A stretch of 64,000 nucleotides of DNA from assembly GCA_947085095.1 (NCBI GenBank), contig CAMTVD010000001.1:1-64000 (forward strand), written 5' to 3'. Positions 63,985 through 64,000 of this stretch are shown in pieces. The stretch's first letter is position 1; the number at the start of each line of letters is the position of its first letter. The notes under the pieces were generated by a model. That model was given only the letters and a program-made list of their open reading frames with translations, was not told the origin of the DNA and ran no database searches. This DNA is from an uncultured Thermus sp. (GTDB lineage Bacteria; Deinococcota; Deinococci; Deinococcales; Thermaceae). The position numbers were made by a program, and so were the translations under genes.

Positions 63985-64000
63985 ATGTCCGTGAGGGAGT
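63985..64000 (+). CDS. Start of a gene running off the window
   Basis: -10 TACACT 6 nt before ATG TCC GTG AGG GAG. Confidence 0.4.

Overview
High-GC chromosomal window from a Thermus species, judged from recognisable Thermus orthologues (NapA, DafA, Hera, TmpR), GC3-rich codons and many leaderless genes. The left end is the tail of an island integrated at tRNA-Val(CAC): an IS256-type element has inserted into a type I restriction hsdR gene, followed by the duplicated tRNA 3' end (att). Next come an orphan two-repeat, one-spacer type III-like CRISPR mini-array, then guaB, gltB, a stand-alone globin and dnaB. From 12.6 to 30.1 kb lies a large heat/stress cluster: dnaK-grpE-dnaJ-dafA, clpB (broken by an in-frame amber codon), a ferritin-like protein, an aeRF1-like factor, two Hsp20s, a metallophosphoesterase, TrxC, a DUF1931 histone-fold protein, PsiE, a KhtT/KhtU-like pair, a Clp-fold protease, rhomboid, CBS and NapA, with divergent ftsH. 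Three promoters in it share a HAIR-like operator. Housekeeping genes follow (hup, plsC, nfi, aroA, cmk, tmpR, nrnA, apgM, proS, nth, moeA, hera, tkt, rpe), including a GNAT-ABC ATPase fusion facing an ASCH gene. A decayed ~2.3-kb islet at tRNA-Arg(CCT) carries a frameshifted 7x117-bp repeat beta-propeller lipoprotein. After tRNA-Pro(GGG) is a four-gene locus (inverted-topology histidine kinase-TPR fusion, receiver, HEAT-repeat membrane protein, processive GT2) that looks like an uncharacterised regulated exopolysaccharide system. All assignments come from reading the sequence and recalled family motifs; no database searches were run.
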